Part shown: one piece after another, positions 31,013-45,148 of the stretch
Numbering within the stretch: the first letter of the stretch is position 1
Layout: the number at the start of each line of letters is the position of its first letter
Notes under the pieces: model-generated
Told to the model about the DNA's origin: nothing
What the model saw: the letters and a program-made list of their open reading frames with translations, nothing else
Databases searched by the model: none
Position numbers and translations under genes: made by a program
Assembly: GCF_009914755.1 (NCBI RefSeq)
Contig: NC_060929.1
Length of the DNA: 64,000 nucleotides
Reading direction: 5' to 3' (one strand)
DNA from: the human T2T-CHM13v2.0 reference genome, Homo sapiens

Positions 31013-31471
31013 TGCGGCTACCTGCCATCTACCACTTCAGCACTTTCTCCTTCTCCACACTTTGCTGTATCACAGGAAGCTGACCTACATGGATTATATT
31101 AAACAAACCATCTTAACCTCTGAAGTTTGGAACCTTAACTGGAGACTGGAGGAAGAGAGGAAAAGGAAGTTTATAACATTTATTCTCCTATCCCCTTCCC
31201 TACAGGAGGCAGCCTCTGGCTTCCTGGTTCTCTTTACTACTCCCAATAGTCATTTTGCATGACTGACTCCTTTTGAGTGCCGGTAATCTCTTCCTTCACT
31301 AGGGACCTATGCTTGGTAACAACGTCACTATTACTAATCCTGTGGTACTCCATATCTTTCATGTTTTCTCTACACCCCGCCCTTGTCTTGTAAATGGTCT
31401 TTTTTATGAATCTTCCTCAAATTATCCTAATTTAGTGCCATCAACTTCCTGCTGGTACTCTGATAGATACA
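31013..31471 (+). mobile_element. 3' LTR of the ERV-L provirus (LTR33-like)
   Basis: Starts TG just after the polypurine tract; ends cttcctgctggtactctgatagataCA. Confidence 0.7.
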
Positions 31472-31789
31472 ATGGGTGATATTATAGCATATTTGTATGT
31501 TGATCAGAATGACTCTAGCACAGAGGGAAAGCTTGATGATGAGAAGAGGAAATAATACTTGAAAGAAAGAAGATCTTAAGTGGGTGAGTGGATGGGAAGC
31601 AGTGGCAGTTTTGGCTGTAGTGAGGAGCAGGGAAAACCCATCCATTGTTAATAAGAGAGAAGAAAGAGTATGGGTAGAGGTACAGGTAGCTTGATGGATT
31701 TGTTGTTAGGCAGGATATGAACATCGTTTTTTGGTTGTTTCCACTTTTTTGGTGAATGAGAAAAGTAAGTTCATTAGCAAAGACTTAAA

Positions 31790-32550
31790 AAAGCACTAAC
31801 TATAAAGGAAAATGATAACTTGGACATCATTTAAATTAAGAATGTCTATTTGCTGTAGTTTGAATATGTCCCTTCCAAAATTCAAATGTTGCCAATATTA
31901 AGAGGTGGGGCCATTAAAAAGGTGATCAGTCTATGGGGGCTCCTCCTTCATGAATGGGAATGAGGTGTTCTTATAAAAGAGGATTCACACAGCATTCACC
32001 CCTTGTTGGCCTTCTGCCTTCTGCTATGTGAGGACGCAGAATTCCTTCTCTTTGGATGAACCATCTGAGAAGCAGAAAGCAAGCCTCACCAGATAACTGA
32101 GACTGGTGGCACCTTGATCTTGAATTTCCCAGCCTCCGGAACTGTGAGAAAATAAATTTCAGTTGTTATAAATTACCCAGCTTCAGATATTCTGTTTTAG
32201 CAAAACAAACAGGCTAAGACGTTGTTCACCAAAAGACACCATTGAGAGGGTGAAAAGATGTGGTTTAAACTGGGAGAAGAGATTTAAAATACATATAAAC
32301 ATTAAAGGATACATATTCAGGATATGTGAAGAACTACAAACAAGAAGGGGGAAAAACAGTCAAAAATAGGCAGAATACTTAAACTGGCACTTGACAAAAA
32401 GTACCCAAATGGCTAAACACATAGGGGAAAGTGCTCAATATCATTACTCATCAGAAAAATTCAAATTAAAAATCACATTGAAATACCACTACATTCAAAT
32501 AATAATGATTAAAATTTAAAAGACTGATATTATAATAACAAGTATTGATG
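31790..32550 (+). mobile_element. Old L1M ORF2 3' fragment, interrupted by an MST LTR
   Basis: ttggacatcatttaaattaagaa...aaaagacaccattgagagggtgaaaag...aaataccactac. Confidence 0.7.
31851..32221 (+). mobile_element. MSTB/C/D-type MaLR solo LTR
   Basis: tgctgtagtttgaatatgtccc...ccagcctccggaactgtgagaaaataaatttc...ggctaagac. Confidence 0.85.
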
Positions 32551-33496
32551 GGGAGTTGGACTTAACCCTGTGGGGTTTAACCAATTGAGTCTTACAGAGG
32601 GATAGAGGCAGGGGGATTGAGGCTATGTACCAAGAAGTGGTTTTAACAATCGTGTGGAATCTAAATAAGGACAGTGGGAAGTGAGTACATGAGGAGGACG
32701 TTGGACAGCTGAAAAGATCAGTGATGGGAACTCATGTGGTCAAAGAATTTTTGGCCTTAACTCATTGCTTACACATAGTATTAAAGAAACCTCTGTTTCC
32801 TCATCTTCCCTCTATGAATTGTACCTCAGGGAGACAGGGATATTATACCCAAAATTTTTAGAGTATATAAGAAGAGATATCCCAAAATGCTTTCTTGTCC
32901 TTGAGGATACTTTTTTCCCCCTTGAGCAGATGTGTGCCTTTTCTATGTCTGTTAATCAATGTAAACACAGCCTGAATCTTATTGTACAATTTTGTGTTTA
33001 TATAAGGTACGGCATTAATTTCACAGGAAAACAGCTGTGCAGTAACTTCTTTTCCTGATGAAGTTGTGACAAGTTAACAGGAGGTGACTTTTGAAATGGG
33101 AAAACCATCTTTAGTACTCATTTTATATAAACATAAACATTCACCTAGTGTTAAAAAGTGAATGAATAATTTATATAATAAAGAAAGAGCTACTTTAATT
33201 ATTGTTCTGAGGAGAGTCTCATGGTTGTTAGACAAGCTGCAAGGTTAACATACTGCCTTTTAAATTATTTCACCATTCAGCCAGGAAAATGGTTTTATGT
33301 GATGTTTTTCTTCTCCAATTACAATAAAGAATGAAAGATAGCCAATCTGACTCATAAATACGTAATGAACACTGACTAGAAAAGATGAGTCCAGTAACAC
33401 CTCAAAGAGTAAATCAACTATAAACTACCCCCTCATTAATTTTTTGCACAGTAATATGCCATTGCTGTGAATTTGGGACAACATATAAAGACTCTC

Positions 33497-36400
33497 ACTT
33501 TTTGTTAAATTTTAGATTCAGGGGGTATATGTACTTGTTTGTTTCATGGGTATATTGCATGCTGGTGGGGATTGAGCTTCCAGTGTTCCCATAACCCAAA
33601 TAGTAAACATTGTACCCAATAAGCAATTTCTCACTCCCCACCTTCCTCCCGCCCTCCACCCTTTTTAAGTCCCCAGTGTCTACTATTTCCATATTTATGT
33701 CTATGTGTACCCATTGTTTAGCTCCCAATTATAAGTAAGAACATGCAGTATTTGGTTTTCCATTTGTCAATTAGTTAACTTAGAATAATGACCTCCAGCT
33801 CCATCCATGTTCTGCAAAGAACATGATTTAATTCTGCTTTATAGCTGCATAGTATTCCATGATGTATATATACTACATTTTCTTTATACAGTCAACCATT
33901 GATGGACACTTAGTTTGGTTCCATGACTTTGCTACTGTGAATAGTTCTGCACTGAACATATGCATGCAGGTGTTTCTTTAATATAATGATTTCTTTTACA
34001 TTGGGTAAATATCCAGTATTAGGATTACTGGGTCGAATGGTAGTTCTATTTTGAGTTCTTTAAGAAATCTCCATACAGTTTTCTATAGAGACTAAAAAAA
34101 TTTACATTCCCACCAACAATGTATAAGCAGTCCCTTTTCTCTGCATCCATGCCAACATCTGTTGTTTATTGACTTTTTGATAATAGACATTCTGACTGGT
34201 GTAAGATGATATCTTAATCTCATTGTGATTTTAATTTGCATTTATCTGATGATTAGTGATGTTGAGCATTTTTTCATGTGTTTGTTGACTGCTTGTATTT
34301 CTTCTTTTGAGAAATGTCTGCCCATGTCCTTTGCTCACCTTTTAATGGGGTTTTTTTTTCTTGTTGAGTTGTGTTCCTTGTAGATTCTGTATATTAGTCC
34401 TTTGTCAGAGGCATAATTTGCAAATATTTTCTCTCATTCTTTAGGTGGTCTGTCTGTTGGTTATCTCTTTTGCCGTACAGAAGCTTTTTAGTTTAATTAA
34501 GTCCTGTTGGTCTAGTTTTTGTTTTTGTTGCATTTGCTTTTGGAGTCTTCATCACAAATTCTTTGCCTAGGCCAATGTCCAGAAGAGTTTTTCCTAGGTT
34601 TTCTTCTAGGACTTGTATAGTTTCAGTTATTACTTTTAAGTCTTTAATCCATCTTGAGTTAGATTAAGTCTTTAATCCATCTCGAGTTTTTGTATATGAT
34701 GAGAGATAGGGGTCAAATTTCATTCTTCCCCATATGGCTGGCCAATTTTCCCAGCACCATTTATTGCATAGGGAGTCTGTCCCCCATTATTTATTTTTGT
34801 TGACTTTGTTGAAGATCAGTTGGCTGTAGGTATCTGCCTTTGTGTCTGGGTTCCCTGTTATGTTCCATTGATCTATGTGTCTGTTTTTGTACAACTACTA
34901 TGTATGCTGTTTTTGTTGCTATAGCCTCAGAGTATAGTTTGAAGTAAGGCAGTATGATGCCTCTGGATTTGCTCTTTTTGCTTGGTGTTGCTTTGGCTGT
35001 TCAGAGTCTTTTTGGGTTTTATGTGAATTTTAGAATAGTTTTTATCTAATTCTGTGAGAAATGACACTGGTAGTTTGATAGGAATAGTATCACATCTGTA
35101 GATTGCTTTAGGGGCAGTATGGCAATTTTAATGATATTCTTCCAGTCCATAACTATTTAATGTTTTTCAATTTGTTTTTGCTATCCACAATTTATTTCAT
35201 TAAGGTTTTGTAGTTTCCTTGTAGAGCTCTTTCACCTCCTGGGTTAAATGTATTCTTAGATATTTTTGGTGGTGTGTGTCTATTGTAAATGGCATTAAGT
35301 TCTTGATTTGGTTCTCAGCTTGAATGTTATTGGCATATTGAAACGCTACTGAATTTTTTACATTGATTTCGCATCCTGAGACTACTGAATTCATTGATCA
35401 GGTTTAGAAGTCTTGCAGAGAGGTCTTTAGGGTTTTCTAGGTATGCAATTGTGTCATCAGCAAACAGAATTAATTTGACTTTCTCTTTTCTAATTTTGAT
35501 GCTTTTTATTTCTTTCTCTTGCCTGATTGCTCTGGCTAGTACTTCCAGTACTATGTTGAATATGAGTGGTGACAGTTCCAGTTCTTAGGGGAAATGCTTT
35601 CAACTTTTCCCCCTTCATTATAGTGTTCGATGTGGGTTTGTCATACATCGCTCTATTCTGAGGAATGTTCTTTTGATTCCTAGTTTGTTGAGTGTTTTTG
35701 TTACAAAACAATATTGGATTTTATCAAACGCATTTCCTGCATTTATTGAGATGATTATATGGTTTTCGTTTTTAGTTCTGTTTATGTGATGAATCATGTT
35801 TATTGATTTGTGGATGTTGAAACATACTTGCATCCCTGGAATAAAACCCACTTGATCGTATGCTGTTGGATTTGGTTTGCTAGTATTTGTTGAGAATTTT
35901 GTATCTATGTTCATCAGGGATATTGGCCTGTAGTTTTCTTTTTTTGTTGTGTCCTTGCCTGATTTTGTTATCAGAGTGGTACTAGTTTCATAGAATGAGT
36001 TAGAGAGTACTCTCTCCTACTTACTTTTTTTGAATAGTTGCCATAAAATCGATATCAGCTCTTTTTTGTATGTCTGGCAAAATTTGGCTCTGAATCTGTC
36101 TGATCCTGTTTTTTTTTGTTGTTGTTGTTGGAAGTTTTTTTTATTATTTATTTGATTTCATTACTTGTTATTGGTCTGTTCACAATTTCTATTTCTTTCT
36201 GGCTCAATCTTGGGCGGTTACGTGTTTCCAGGAATTTATCCAGTTCCTTTAGGGTTTGTAGTTTGTGTGGGTAGAGATATTCATAGTAATCTCTGATAAT
36301 CTTTTGTATTTCTGTGGTATCGGTGGTGATATCTCATTTCTCATTGTGCTTATTTGAATCATCTCTCATTTTTTCTTGGTTAACCGAGCTAACATTCTGT

Positions 36401-37298
36401 CAATTTTGCTTATCCTTTCAAAAAAACAATTTTTGTTTCATTAATACATTGTATCATTTTTTGGTCTCAATTTCATTTAGTTCTGCTCTAATCTTTGTAA
36501 TTTATTTTCTTTGGCTAGCTTTGGATTTGGATTGTTCTTGTTTTTCTAGTTCCCTGAGGCTTGATATTAGGTTGTTAATTTAAGCATCTTTTTAATGCTA
36601 TAAACTTCCGCTTTTCCAATTGGGAAATCCAATGTGGCATTTAATGCTATAAACTTTCCTCTTAGCACTACTTTTGCTCTATCCCAGAGGTTTTGGTGTG
36701 TTATGTCTCTATTTCCATTTTTTTGGTTTTTTTTTTAATTTTTGCCTTAGTTTTGTTGTTTACCCAAAGATCGCTCAGTAGCAAGTTGTTTAGCTTCCAT
36801 GTATTTGTATAGCTTTAAGAGTTCTTCTTGGTATTGATTTCTAATTTTATTATACTGTGGTCTGAGAAAATACCCAATATGATTTTGATGTTTTGGAAGT
36901 ATTGATATTTGCTTTATGTCCAAGCATATGGTTTATTTTGGTTAATGTTTCATGTGGAGGTGAGAAGAATGTACATTCTGTGGTTGTTGGTTAGAATGTT
37001 TTGTGAAGGTCTATGAGGTCCATTTAGTCTATACTCCAGTCTAAGTCCAGATAAGTCCAGAGTTTCTTTGTTGATTTTCTGCCTTGATGGTCTGTCTAGG
37101 TATGTCAGTGGGGTGTTGAAGTCCCACACCATTATTGTATTTATAGTAATATGTTTTCGTACATCTAGTAGTATTTGTTTTATGAATCTGGGTGTTCTGA
37201 TGTTGACTGCATATATACATATATATTTAGAATAGCTTTGTCTTCTTGTTGCATTGAACTCTTTATCATTGTATAATGCCCATCTTTGTTGTGGTTGG

Positions 37299-37331
<33 letters not shown>

Positions 37332-39400
37332 GGTTTAAAATCTGTTTTATCCAATATGAAGATGGCTACTGTTGCTTGCTTTTGTTTTCCATTTGTGGAG
37401 TATAACTATTTTTTCATACTTTCAGAGTTGTTTCTCTGGTTCTTTCTCAGAGGAAGGAGAGATAAGCTATCTCTCCTTATTTTTTAATTTTGCTTTTATT
37501 TGGATGGGATTTTTCCCCATTGAGGAGGTGTCTATAATATACAATGTTGTGTAGGGTCCTTTGGCTTTTGTTCTGGGTGTTTTCAGTCACTAAGAGTCTT
37601 TCTACATTCCTTGGTTATAGCTAGCCTTTGCACGGTGGCTTTTCCAAAAGCTGGATGTAGTAGTGATGTGCTGGGTGTGTGAGCAGGTTCACTGCCTTCT
37701 GTGGGGCCAGAGTAGTGGAGTCTCAGGAAACTTATTTCATTCCCCAGTGCTGTATGCTCACGGAGCAAATGTCCTGCTGTGTCATTCAACCTTCAGGATA
37801 GTAGGTGATGTTTATGGGTAATAGCTGGCTACTGGCAATGTGGATACTTGATCCTTGTTTACTAGGAGAAGCTCTCTGTTGCCTCAGGCAGTAGGCTGAT
37901 CTGTGGAATGCAGAGTTCCCTGAGCTGCCTGCTCAGCCCCAGAATGGGGGGCCAAGATGGGCATGGCTACACTGGGCAGGCCTGCCTACAAGTCCCCCAA
38001 TGGCAGGCATAAGCACAAGCTCAGAGGGGATGTCCAGTGGGCGGCCACTGAGTGCCCAGAGGTGTGCCTCAGCATGGAGTTGACAAACCTCTGCTGTCCC
38101 AAGTTTTCTTCATGAGAAATGGAGACAGCCTAAACTTCTAATCTAGAAGAATGGCTGTTCCAAATACCTGGAGTCTAGGCATAATGCAGAGAGTATGCCA
38201 CTGCACCAAGGTCTCTGCAAGAGAAGGGAGGGGCAGCTCAGGCTCCTATTCAGGTGAGTATGTACACCAAATGCCTGGGAATATACCCTGGTGAGGAGTG
38301 AGAGAACAACCACTGCAGCAATGTCTTTGTAGGGGATGAGAGGGGCAGCTCAGACTACTAGTCCAGGTGAGTGGGTATTTCAATTGCCTGGAAGTATATC
38401 CCCCAGCAAGGAGTGGAGTGACCCATGGTGAAACAATGTCTTTGCAGGAAAGTTGGGGGCAGCTCAGGCAACAAATCCTGAAAGAGGGAAGTACTAAATG
38501 CCTAAGAATATGCCCAGGTGTGGAGTGGAGGCAACACCACTACACCAAGATCTTGGGACAGGAAGAGTAGGGTGGCTCAGGCTGCTAATCCAGGTAAGGG
38601 TGAGTGCTCTGCATGCCTGGAGTATTACTTGGTCATAGAGTAGAGAGGACCCCTCTGTAGCACAATCTCAGGGGAGAAGGCTGGACACCCGATAATGATT
38701 ATGCAGACAAGTTCCAGGTTGCAGAGCTGTCCCTGGCTGCAAGTCTTGCCACCCAAGAGAAACCATGGCTTCAGCAATTCTCCTCCCACTCTAGTCTTGT
38801 GATGGAAGAGAGCCCAATTCCAGCACCTACTTCGGGGGCATTTTCCATACTTGTTACTCAATTCTGGCTGTGGTGGCCCTTTCCCTGATCTAGAGCAAGC
38901 GCTCCAATCTCTGGGCCAAGGTTTAAATGCCCGTGCAGCTGTGCTGCCGGATTGCCAAACAATGGCAGACTTTGTGTGTGCCCAGATTAAAAATGGCATA
39001 CTGCTCTCAGTCCTAGGTCTGGGAAGATGCCCATAGCTTTTCCTGGTGTCTTTCCTTCTCAGTATCTCCCAGCCTCTCCCCACGTTAGCTCCAGGGCTTG
39101 AGAGACAAGGTGCTCTCCGTTGGAGTGGGTTGCATGGATCTCTAGTGGAAGGGTGAGTCAAAGAGGAACACTCTCTGCCCCTCTCATATACAGGGGCTTC
39201 ACTCACTTTCCTCAGCTGAATGCTGTCCCGGGGACTGCTTGCTCACCTTCTTCTGTCTGGGATCTGGGGTGTCTTTCTCTATTCCAGTGAATTCTTCTTT
39301 TCCTTCTTGAATTCAAGCTCACAGAGTTTATTATTATGCATTATTTCACTATTTCCATGTGGCTGAGGCATGCTAAAGCCTCAAATTTTCTATCCTGGAA
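33497..39400 (-). mobile_element. L1PB-type LINE-1 with both ends present and an internal ORF1 deletion
   Basis: 3'UTR near 33500-33750, ORF2 fragments ([25 protein letters not shown]), GC-richer 5'UTR 37.45-39.4 kb. Confidence 0.9.
38130..38690. repeat. Degenerate ~113-bp tandem array in the L1PB 5'UTR
   Basis: Anchor gggcagctca (last copy gggtggctca) at 38231, 38343, 38457 and 38570. Confidence 0.85.
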
Positions 39401-39419
39401 AATTTTTTTATCTTAATAA

Positions 39420-40415
39420 AGGTTGGGAGGAAAAAGACAAACCACAGACCAGAAAAAAATATTTACAAACCTGATAAAGGACTTGTATGTAGAATATATA
39501 AATAACTCTTAAAGTGAATATTAAGAATATAAGCAACTCAACAAAAAAATAGACAAAAGATTTGAACAGCTACTTCACAGAAGAAGATATATGCATGGCA
39601 AAACAGTACATGTTCAACGTCACTAATCATTAGGGAAATAAAAATTTAAGCCACAGTGACTTGCCACGACATACTTATTTGAGTGGCTAAAATCAAAACG
39701 ACTGAGCATAGCAAGTGATTGTGAGGATGTGGAGCAAGTGGAACATTTGTACATTTCTGAAGAGAATGTTATATGTACAATTGATCGGGAGGACTGTTTG
39801 ACAGTTTCTTAAACAATTAAACATATACCTACCGTATGGTCTAGCTATTATCTTCCTACGTATTTACCCAAGAAAACTAAAAGCGTATATTCATGCAAAA
39901 ACATGAACTTGAATGTTCATAGAAGCTTTATTATAATGGCCAAAAACTGTAAAAAAGTCATATATCCATCAACAAATTACTAGATAAACAATCTGTAGTA
40001 TATGCATACAGTGGAATACTACTCAGCAGTAAAAAAAAGGATAAACTATGAATGCACACAATAACTTTAATACATTTCAAAATCATTAGTCTGAGTGCAG
40101 TGACCCAGACACCCTGTCCCTGCAAAATGATAGTACATAATGTGTGATTCCATTTACATAAAATTCTAGAAAACTCTAACCTATAATGGCAGAAAGCAGA
40201 TCTGTTGTTGCCTGGAGATAGCAGAATGAGAGGGATTACAAAATGATGTGAGAAAATTTTTGGAAGTGCTGGATATGCACACCATCTTGATTGTGATGAT
40301 AGATTCATAGGTGTATACATGTCAAAACACATCAAATTGTATACTTTAAATGTGTGCAGATTATTGTATATCAATTATACTTTGATGAAGCTATACAAAT
40401 AAAACTGAAAAGAAA
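39420..40415 (+). mobile_element. L1ME-type 3' end
   Basis: tgataaaggacttgtatgtagaatatataaa...ttattgtatatcaattatac. Confidence 0.8.
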
Positions 40416-40907
40416 AAAGATAACTACCGTAAATATATTGACCCACATCTGAAAATTTTTCTCTTTCTATTTCTGTGTGTGTGTATGTGTCCTGTTTTGA
40501 AGTATAGATTAGGTGCAGGGCATCAGCCCTGAACCAGAACAAGGGATGAGAAACTGGGGAGAAGGCTTGCCTCTCCTGAAGGCTTGCAGCAAAGTCTGTC
40601 TGCAGATGCTGCTGTCTCCATAGTCACCTACTGTCATCTGTCTGCAGTTTTTCCCAAAGGGAGTCTTAAAACTTATGATTTGCATCACAAAATTTTTAGT
40701 GAGGGAAACTTTCTCCTTTGCTGTTGATTTTTGCTTCTTTTCAGTGGCAAGAAAAATGTAGTCTCATCCAAGATCTCTCCTAAATGCACAGTAGAGTCAA
40801 AAAAGGAAGGTTTCAGACTCAGGTACCCGGAATGCCATCTTTTCAGAAACCTTGCTTAGGATAGAACATTTTCTCTGTTTATCATCAGTTGGGCTGAGAC
40901 ATTAGTA

Positions 40908-41593
40908 CAGTAGTCCCCACCACCCCGCCCTCCACAGTTTCAATTATCCACAGTCAACCAAGATCTAAAAATGATAAATAAAAAAATCCATAAATAAACA
41001 ATTCCTAAGTTCTCAATTTTTCATTATTCTGAGTAGTGTGATGAGATCGAGTGCCTTCACACTCAGTCCCACTCAGAATGTGAATCATCCTTTTTGTCCA
41101 CAGTATTCATCCTGTATAAGCTACCTGCCTGATTTTATTAACATCATCTGCTCCTGACATCCAACCATCGACATCGTCATGGCTCCATGATCCAGGGTCA
41201 CCAGAAGCAGGTGATCTTCCTTCTGACCTATGGTCAGAAGGTCAATAGTAGCCTAATTCTACATCACAATGCCCAAGTCATTCAGCTCACTTTATCTCCT
41301 CATGTGGGCATTGTATCATCACAAGAAGAAAAATGAATATAGTACAATAAGACATTGTGAGAGAGAGAGACCACATTCAAATAACTTTTATCATAATATA
41401 ATTGTTATAATTGTTGTATTTTATTATTAATTATTGTTGTCAATATCTTACTGTGCCTAACTTATAATTTAAACTTTATTGTAGTATGTATTATAGGAAA
41501 GAACATAGTTTATATAGGGTTTGATACTATCCATGGTTCAGCATCCAGTGGGGATCTTGGAATGCCTACCATTCCAATAATGGGGGATGACTA
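40908..41593 (+). mobile_element. MER44 (Tigger7-derived) DNA transposon
   Basis: TA-cagtagtcccc left TIR, ggggatgacta right TIR, MER44-like interior. Confidence 0.82.
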
Positions 41594-41799
41594 ATATATT
41601 TGTTAAAATGTTTTCACTGTACTGCTCTAATTTAAGCTAAAACAACAAACTTGCTCTAGATCCTGACAGCATTTCTTCTTGAAACTCTACTTGCATACTT
41701 GACTCGACTTGGGGCCTGGTGCAAAAGTGGTAGATTTGACAGTGCCTGGAGAGGTCATAGGCAGAGAAATCCTGCCTATGGATTTCTCTTATGGAGCTG

Positions 41800-43053
41800 A
41801 GATAACTGGCTAGCCATAGGCAGAAGATTGAAACTGGACCCCTTCCTTACACCATATAAAAAATCAACTCAAGATAGATTAAAAACAAATGTAAAACAGA
41901 AAACAACTACAACCCTAGATGACAACCTAGGCAATACCATTCTGGACATAGGAACTGGCAACGATTCATGACGAAGACACCAAAAGCAATCACAACAAAG
42001 CAAAAATTGACAAATGGGATCTAATTAAACCTAAGAGCTTCTGCACAGCAAAAGAAACTATCAACAGAGTGAATAGACAACCTCCAGAATGGGAGAAAAT
42101 ATTTGCAAATTATGCCTCTGACAAAGGTCTAATATCCAGTATCTATAAGGAACTTAAACAGATTTACAAGAAAAAAAACAACCCCATTATAAAGTGGGCA
42201 AAGGACATGAACAGACACTTTTCAAAAGAAGACTTACATGCCACCAAAATGGAATGAACAAAAGCTTAATATCACTGATTAGAGAAATTCAATCAAATTC
42301 AAATCAAAACCACGATGAGATACCATATCATACCAGTCAGGATGGCTTTTATTAGAAAGAAAAAAAAAAGATACTGGTGAGGTTGTAGAAAAAATGAATG
42401 CTTGTATACTGTTCGTGGGAGTGTAAATTAGTTCAACTACTGTGGAAGACAGTGTGGCAATTCCTCAAAGAGCTAAAAACAGAACTATCATTCAATCCAG
42501 CAGTCCCATTGCTGGATATATACCCAAAGGAATATAAATAATTCTACCGTAAAGACACCTGCATGTGTATGTTCATTGCAGCACTATTCACAATAGCAAA
42601 GACATGGAATCAATCTAAATGCCCATCAGTGGTAAACTGGATAAAGAAAATGTGATACATATGCAGGATGGCATACTATGCAGCCATAAAAGAATGAGAT
42701 TATGTCCTTTGCAGGAACATGGAAGGAACTGGAGGCCATTATCCTTAGCAAACTCATGCAAGAACAGAAAACCAAATACCGTATGTCCTCACTTATAAGA
42801 GAAAGCCAAATAATGAGAACACATGGACATAAAGAGGGGAACAGTGTACACTGGGGCCTACTTGAGGGTGGAGGGTATGAGGAGGGAGAGGATCAGAAAA
42901 AATAACTATTGGGTACTAGGCCTCGTACCTGGGCGATGAAATAATCTGTACAACAAACCCCCATGACTCACGTTTACCTATGTAACGAACGGGCACATCC
43001 TGCACATGTATCCCTGAACTTAAAATAAAAGTTTTTAAAAAATAAGAATAAAA
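41800..43053 (+). mobile_element. 5'-truncated L1PA (L1PA13-like) 3' fragment
   Basis: ORF2 C-terminus ([14 protein letters not shown]), 3'UTR and A-rich tail. Confidence 0.92.
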
Positions 43054-43984
43054 TTTGCCTCAAAATCAGATAAAATATATAACAAGTATTCTTAAATTTC
43101 CGTGTACATTATTATATTGTATAAAATGTTAATTCAAAGTCAGCTTGGCTTACTCTTATACTACAGCATAATAGATCTAGGAATAGCTCCAACATTTGAA
43201 TTCAATTATCAAAATACAAGTTGACCAACAAGCTAATAAAATGTAACCTTGTCAAAGCAAATTCACTAAGTATAAAGTAAATAGCTTCCTTCTCTCTATT
43301 TTAATCAATTTGCAAGGACTACATTTTAGATAAAGCCATCATTAAATTATAAGTTAATAATATTTCATGTGTTAGAACAGCATGTGTTAATTTTATTGTA
43401 ACCCTAATACTTTTCAAAATCAATCACTGCTTTCTAGAAAGTAAAATTTTCATATGGGCTAGCATTTGACTTTTGCAGAATGTCATTCTTCTGTGTTGTA
43501 TGTCTCACACTTGCTGTGGGGGAGTAGTTGTTTCTTTTGATAAGGGGTGGATTTTTGTTTGTTTTATTTCACTGTCTATAAACTTTTGAGAGGAGGAATT
43601 AAATTGTGTGTTTATGACATGTTTATTACCTATTTGCTGGATAGATTCAGTATTTAAAATGAAACATACTGGCATCATAACTGTTTTTTCTTCTAGAGGT
43701 ATGAATGGGTTTGATCTGCAAAAGTAGTAATAATTTTTAAGTATAGGACTATGAAAACAGAAACATGTTATTATTCTGAGGTTATGAAATAGAGCATAAT
43801 GGTATTTATCTATTATGCTCAGTCATGCACCTCATTTTTAAAATGAATATTGAGAGCCTACCTTATCTAAGGTACTTCATTAGGTACTGGGGAAACATAG
43901 CAGTAAATAAGATAAGGAATCCCTAACCTCATAAAGTTTCTATTCTGTGAAGGAAGACAGGTAATGAACAAGTATTAACTATTG

Positions 43985-44225
43985 CCTCATGTACTTATTT
44001 TTTTGTGGTGAGAACACTTAAAATCTATTATCTTAGCAATTTTCAAATATGACCTATTAACTATAAGTCACCATGATTAACAATAGGTTTCTTGAATTCA
44101 TTCTTCCCATCTAACTGAAATTTTGTGTCTTTTGATCGACATCTCCAAAACCCCTCTACCCTCCAGGTTCTTATAACCACTGTTTTACTCTTTGTTTACA
44201 TGAGTTTGATTTTTTTAACACTCCA
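43985..44225 (-). mobile_element. L1MA/MB 3'UTR fragment
   Basis: gtggtgagaacacttaaaatcta...cttagcaattttcaa...catctaactgaaatttt. Confidence 0.75.
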
Positions 44226-44827
44226 TATGTAGAATATATAAATAACTCTTACAAATCAATAATAAGACAAATGGCCCAATATGAGTCAAAAATTTGAAAA
44301 GACACTTCACAAAAGAAGACGTAGAAATGTTGTTTCATGCCAATAAGCACATGAAACAATACTCAACATCTTTAGTCATCAAAGAAATGTAAATTAAATT
44401 CATGAGCTACCACTACATGCTAACTTGAATAGCAGAAATTAGAAGTCTGACAGCACCAAATATGGGTGAGTATGTGGAGCAACTGATACACTCATGTATT
44501 ACTGGCGGAAAGGTAAAATGTGCAATAACATTGGAAAACTATCTGGCATTTTCTTATTAAGATAAACATATACATATTACATGGCCGAGCAATTCTACAT
44601 CTAGATATTTATACAAGGGAAACAAAAACGTATGTCTACACAGAGACTTGTATGTGATTATTCATAACAGTTTTATTCCTAATAGCAAAAAAACTAGGCA
44701 CAATCCAAATTTTCATCAATGTGTGAATGGGAAAACAAATCGTAGTATGTCAATAATATAGAATACTACCAATTAGCAAAAGACAAGAGGGTTTCGTGAT
44801 ACACGTAACAATATGAATAAGTTTTTA

Positions 44828-45148
<321 letters not shown>

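Noticed and set aside
34635-34690. 25-nt tandem duplication in L1PB ORF2 (a similar one lies near 36590-36660)
   Set aside because: Ordinary neutral slippage in a dead element.
38130-38690. Regularly spaced repeats resembling a CRISPR array
   Set aside because: Whole units are homologous with no unique spacers, they lie within an L1 5'UTR, and the context is eukaryotic with no cas genes.
38625-39206. 193-aa ORF, the longest in the window
   Set aside because: Lies in the GC-rich L1PB 5'UTR, has a non-ATG start and no recognisable protein similarity.
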